From Paraphysomonas bandaiensis (Eukaryota > Protista > Chrysophyceae), in the NCBI GenBank assembly GCA_965644295.1, contig CBFFRP010000190.1, positions 1-64,000 of the forward strand: DNA of 64,000 nucleotides, in the 5' to 3' direction. Position numbers and translations under genes: made by a program. Of the stretch, positions 61,729-64,000 are shown one piece after another. Under the pieces are notes generated by a model that saw only the letters and a program-made list of their open reading frames with translations, made no database searches and was not told the origin of the DNA. The number at the start of each line of letters is the position of its first letter. Within the stretch, counting starts at the first letter, position 1.

Positions 61729-61965
61729 TGTTAGAGTCGGGCATTGCACTGAACTTAACCTTGCTCTTCAAGTAAGCCTCAACCATACATGTTACACATT
61801 CATATTCACATATACACATATAATTATTGACAACATCTGATGAACATGTGTTTACGGAAACATCTGTTGATCATATGTTCATCATTCACTCCTATATCTT
61901 TTATAGCCACGCATCAGTGGAAGCTAAATTTAATTCATTTGTAACTATATTCACCCAGCTCAACA
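61729..61965 (-). mobile_element. Solo LTR related to copia family B
   Basis: TGTTAG...CTCAACA termini. Blocks CACTGAA.TTAAC.TTGCTCT and TCATATGTTCATCA..CTATATCTT.TATAG..AATTTAATTC.TTTGTAACTATA.TCACCC match the family B LTR. No matching TSD. Confidence 0.85.
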
Positions 61966-62431
61966 CTTTTAACCACAATGTGAGATAGTTTTATACGAAA
62001 ACGAAGTCTCGTACAACTAAACAAGAAACTAGAACACTGTTGTGACCTTGTCTGTTAAAGTGTATTTCTAATATCTGGTTTACACTGATATCCTTAACAG
62101 CTACACAGACTTAATATTATAGTTACTAGCTATATCAAGTGCACTTTTAACATTATAAAAATACATTTCCTAGTGCATTTGAGACTTGGTAATGTTGGAA
62201 GTGCTCTGGGAAAAGCAGCTCCGAGGTGAGAGAAGGGTTTTGGGAGGAGCAACATTTCTCGAATGCCAACATGAATGCTGGATTGATAGAGAAAGTTTAT
62301 AGCGTGGTAGCGGTACGATTGATTAATACATAGAGTGTAAAGTATCACCAAATGCGCCGACTGCGTATCACTTGTAGGAGTGAGTGATATGAGATGATTT
62401 TCTTCTCTAACCCTAATCTTGACCCTAACCC

Positions 62432-64000
62432 TGTTGGGAAATGCTCATTTTACTTAGATCAAAGAGAGATTAAGTTGTTAGACTAGATAGATTTATTAAT
62501 ATCGTTTACACAAATTGTGTTAAACAACACAAGCTCGTTTTGTGCCATGCATAAATCACTACTTCTGTAGACCTTTCGCTACTAAACATATCTTGAAAGA
62601 GCAAACTATTTCAGTTTTCTCAATATCATAACAGCATCTACACATCACCATACTTCACTGTATTCTCGTACATTGTCTTCAAGTACCACATTGAATATAC
62701 TAGGATACAGTCCATATTCTAATACTCCCACTCAATGTAGAATGCAGTGATACGAAACAACAATGAGTACAGTGATCTTCATGCTATAAACTAGTCTCAT
62801 AGGTAAAATAGATGTGAAATCTTATCAAGATACATATATAACTAGCAGTCAACTAGATATATAGTTATGTGGGATTCTCACCCACTAAAACACACCTTTA
62901 ACCTCTTCGGGGTCGCTTCTTCTGCTGCTCCTCAACTCTGGTTGACACACTTCTCTTAACCCCGGTAATAGTTTTCTCATGACGACTGAAAAGTTTCGTT
63001 GACAATGCCTTCGTGAAAATATCAGCCGCCATATCATCCGTCGACACATGAATCAACTTTGCCGTAGGAAATTTTCCATTTACATGCTCTCTCACCCAGT
63101 GATACTTGATGTCTATATGCTTCGACCTCTTATGATACACAGGATTCTCGGAGAGATCTTTCGCACTCTTGCTATCCATAAAGAATGGAGTCGGCTTCGC
63201 AACTAAGAGCCCGAGCTCCTTGAACACCCCCGAAGCCACACCAGTTCTTGCATAGCCGCATACTCCGCCATATATTCAGATTCCATGCTCGAAGTTGCAA
63301 CTGTGGTCTGTAGTTTAGACTGCCAGGCCAATGCGCCTGCACATAAGAACACAATGTATCCTGTTGTCGATCGCCGAGTCAGTCTATCACCAGCCCAATC
63401 TGAATCACTGAACACATGTAAGTCGAACTCACTCCCACTGAATCTGATGCCCTCATCAATTGTTCCACGCAAATATTTCAATAAGTGAATCGCCAGTTTG
63501 CACGATGCATATGTCGGACAACTACTAAATCGAGACAATAACCCCACTGCATAAGCCAGATCAGGTCTAGTATGCATTGCTAGATACAACACTGCTCCAA
63601 TAATTTGCCGATACGGAAATGAGTCAACCCACTGCTTCTGCTCCTCCGTAAGTTCACGTTCCTCTGCCAACAGATCCTGAACATTAGTAGGTAGTGGGGC
63701 CTCCTTATTCTTACTACTCTTTCCCATAACTGAGCTGAATTTCTTGATAATATTCTTAGCATACTCAGATTGATCTAACATATACCAATTTTCTCCTCTG
63801 GTTATCCTGATGTTCAGAAATCGCTTACACACTCCCAGATCATGCATCTCGAATGTTTCACAGAACCTACGCTTTACGCTTTCCAAGTAAGTCAGATCAG
63901 CGGATGCAATTATGATATCATCAACATATATCAATAATAAATGCAGTTTTCCGTTACTCCATCGCATATACAAACACGTATCCAAAATACACGGAGTAAA
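62432..64000 (-). mobile_element. Ty1/copia retrotransposon family C, 3' end (RT/RNase H + 3' LTR at ~62432-62724); continues beyond the window
   Basis: YVDD, RPDLAYAV, SDSDWAG, KHIDIKYH, ADIFTK. PPT GAGTGGGAG at 62725-62733. Frameshift in the C5 run at 63227-63231. LTR left boundary inferred from TGTT only. Confidence 0.9.

Overview
Eukaryotic nuclear DNA. Genes are compact with short (~45-60 nt) GT-AG introns; gene content suggests a stramenopile-like microalga or protist (inference). About a quarter of the window is Ty1/copia LTR retrotransposons, all on the minus strand: two near-identical family A copies (1-5281, 5746-11035), one family B copy (19262-24724), a truncated family C copy (62432-end) and a B-related solo LTR. 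Also present are hAT transposon remnants with a matching MITE, a Crinkler-like nuclease+kinase pseudogene, a ~446 bp (TATG)n tract and about 14 host genes (GDP-fucose transporter, 2OG-dioxygenase-like/Ctr fusion, GH27, Dus, two sulfotransferase-like genes, MFS, ELMO, Asp/Glu racemase, TRAPPC5, TKL kinase and others). Main findings: (1) two different copia families have inserted ~38 bp apart in separate copies of the same ~0.5 kb dispersed repeat, an empty copy is in the window, and both families share an extra conserved domain after integrase, which suggests a retrotransposon targeting system; (2) an inverted repeat around the PPT/U3 junction is kept in three families with different sequences; (3) a signal peptide + 2OG-Fe(II) dioxygenase-like domain is fused to a Ctr copper transporter; (4) a 1001-aa protein combines an HNH-like domain with ten KxDGTPDMR + ubiquitin-binding-like repeats. 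All calls are by eye; no database searches were run.
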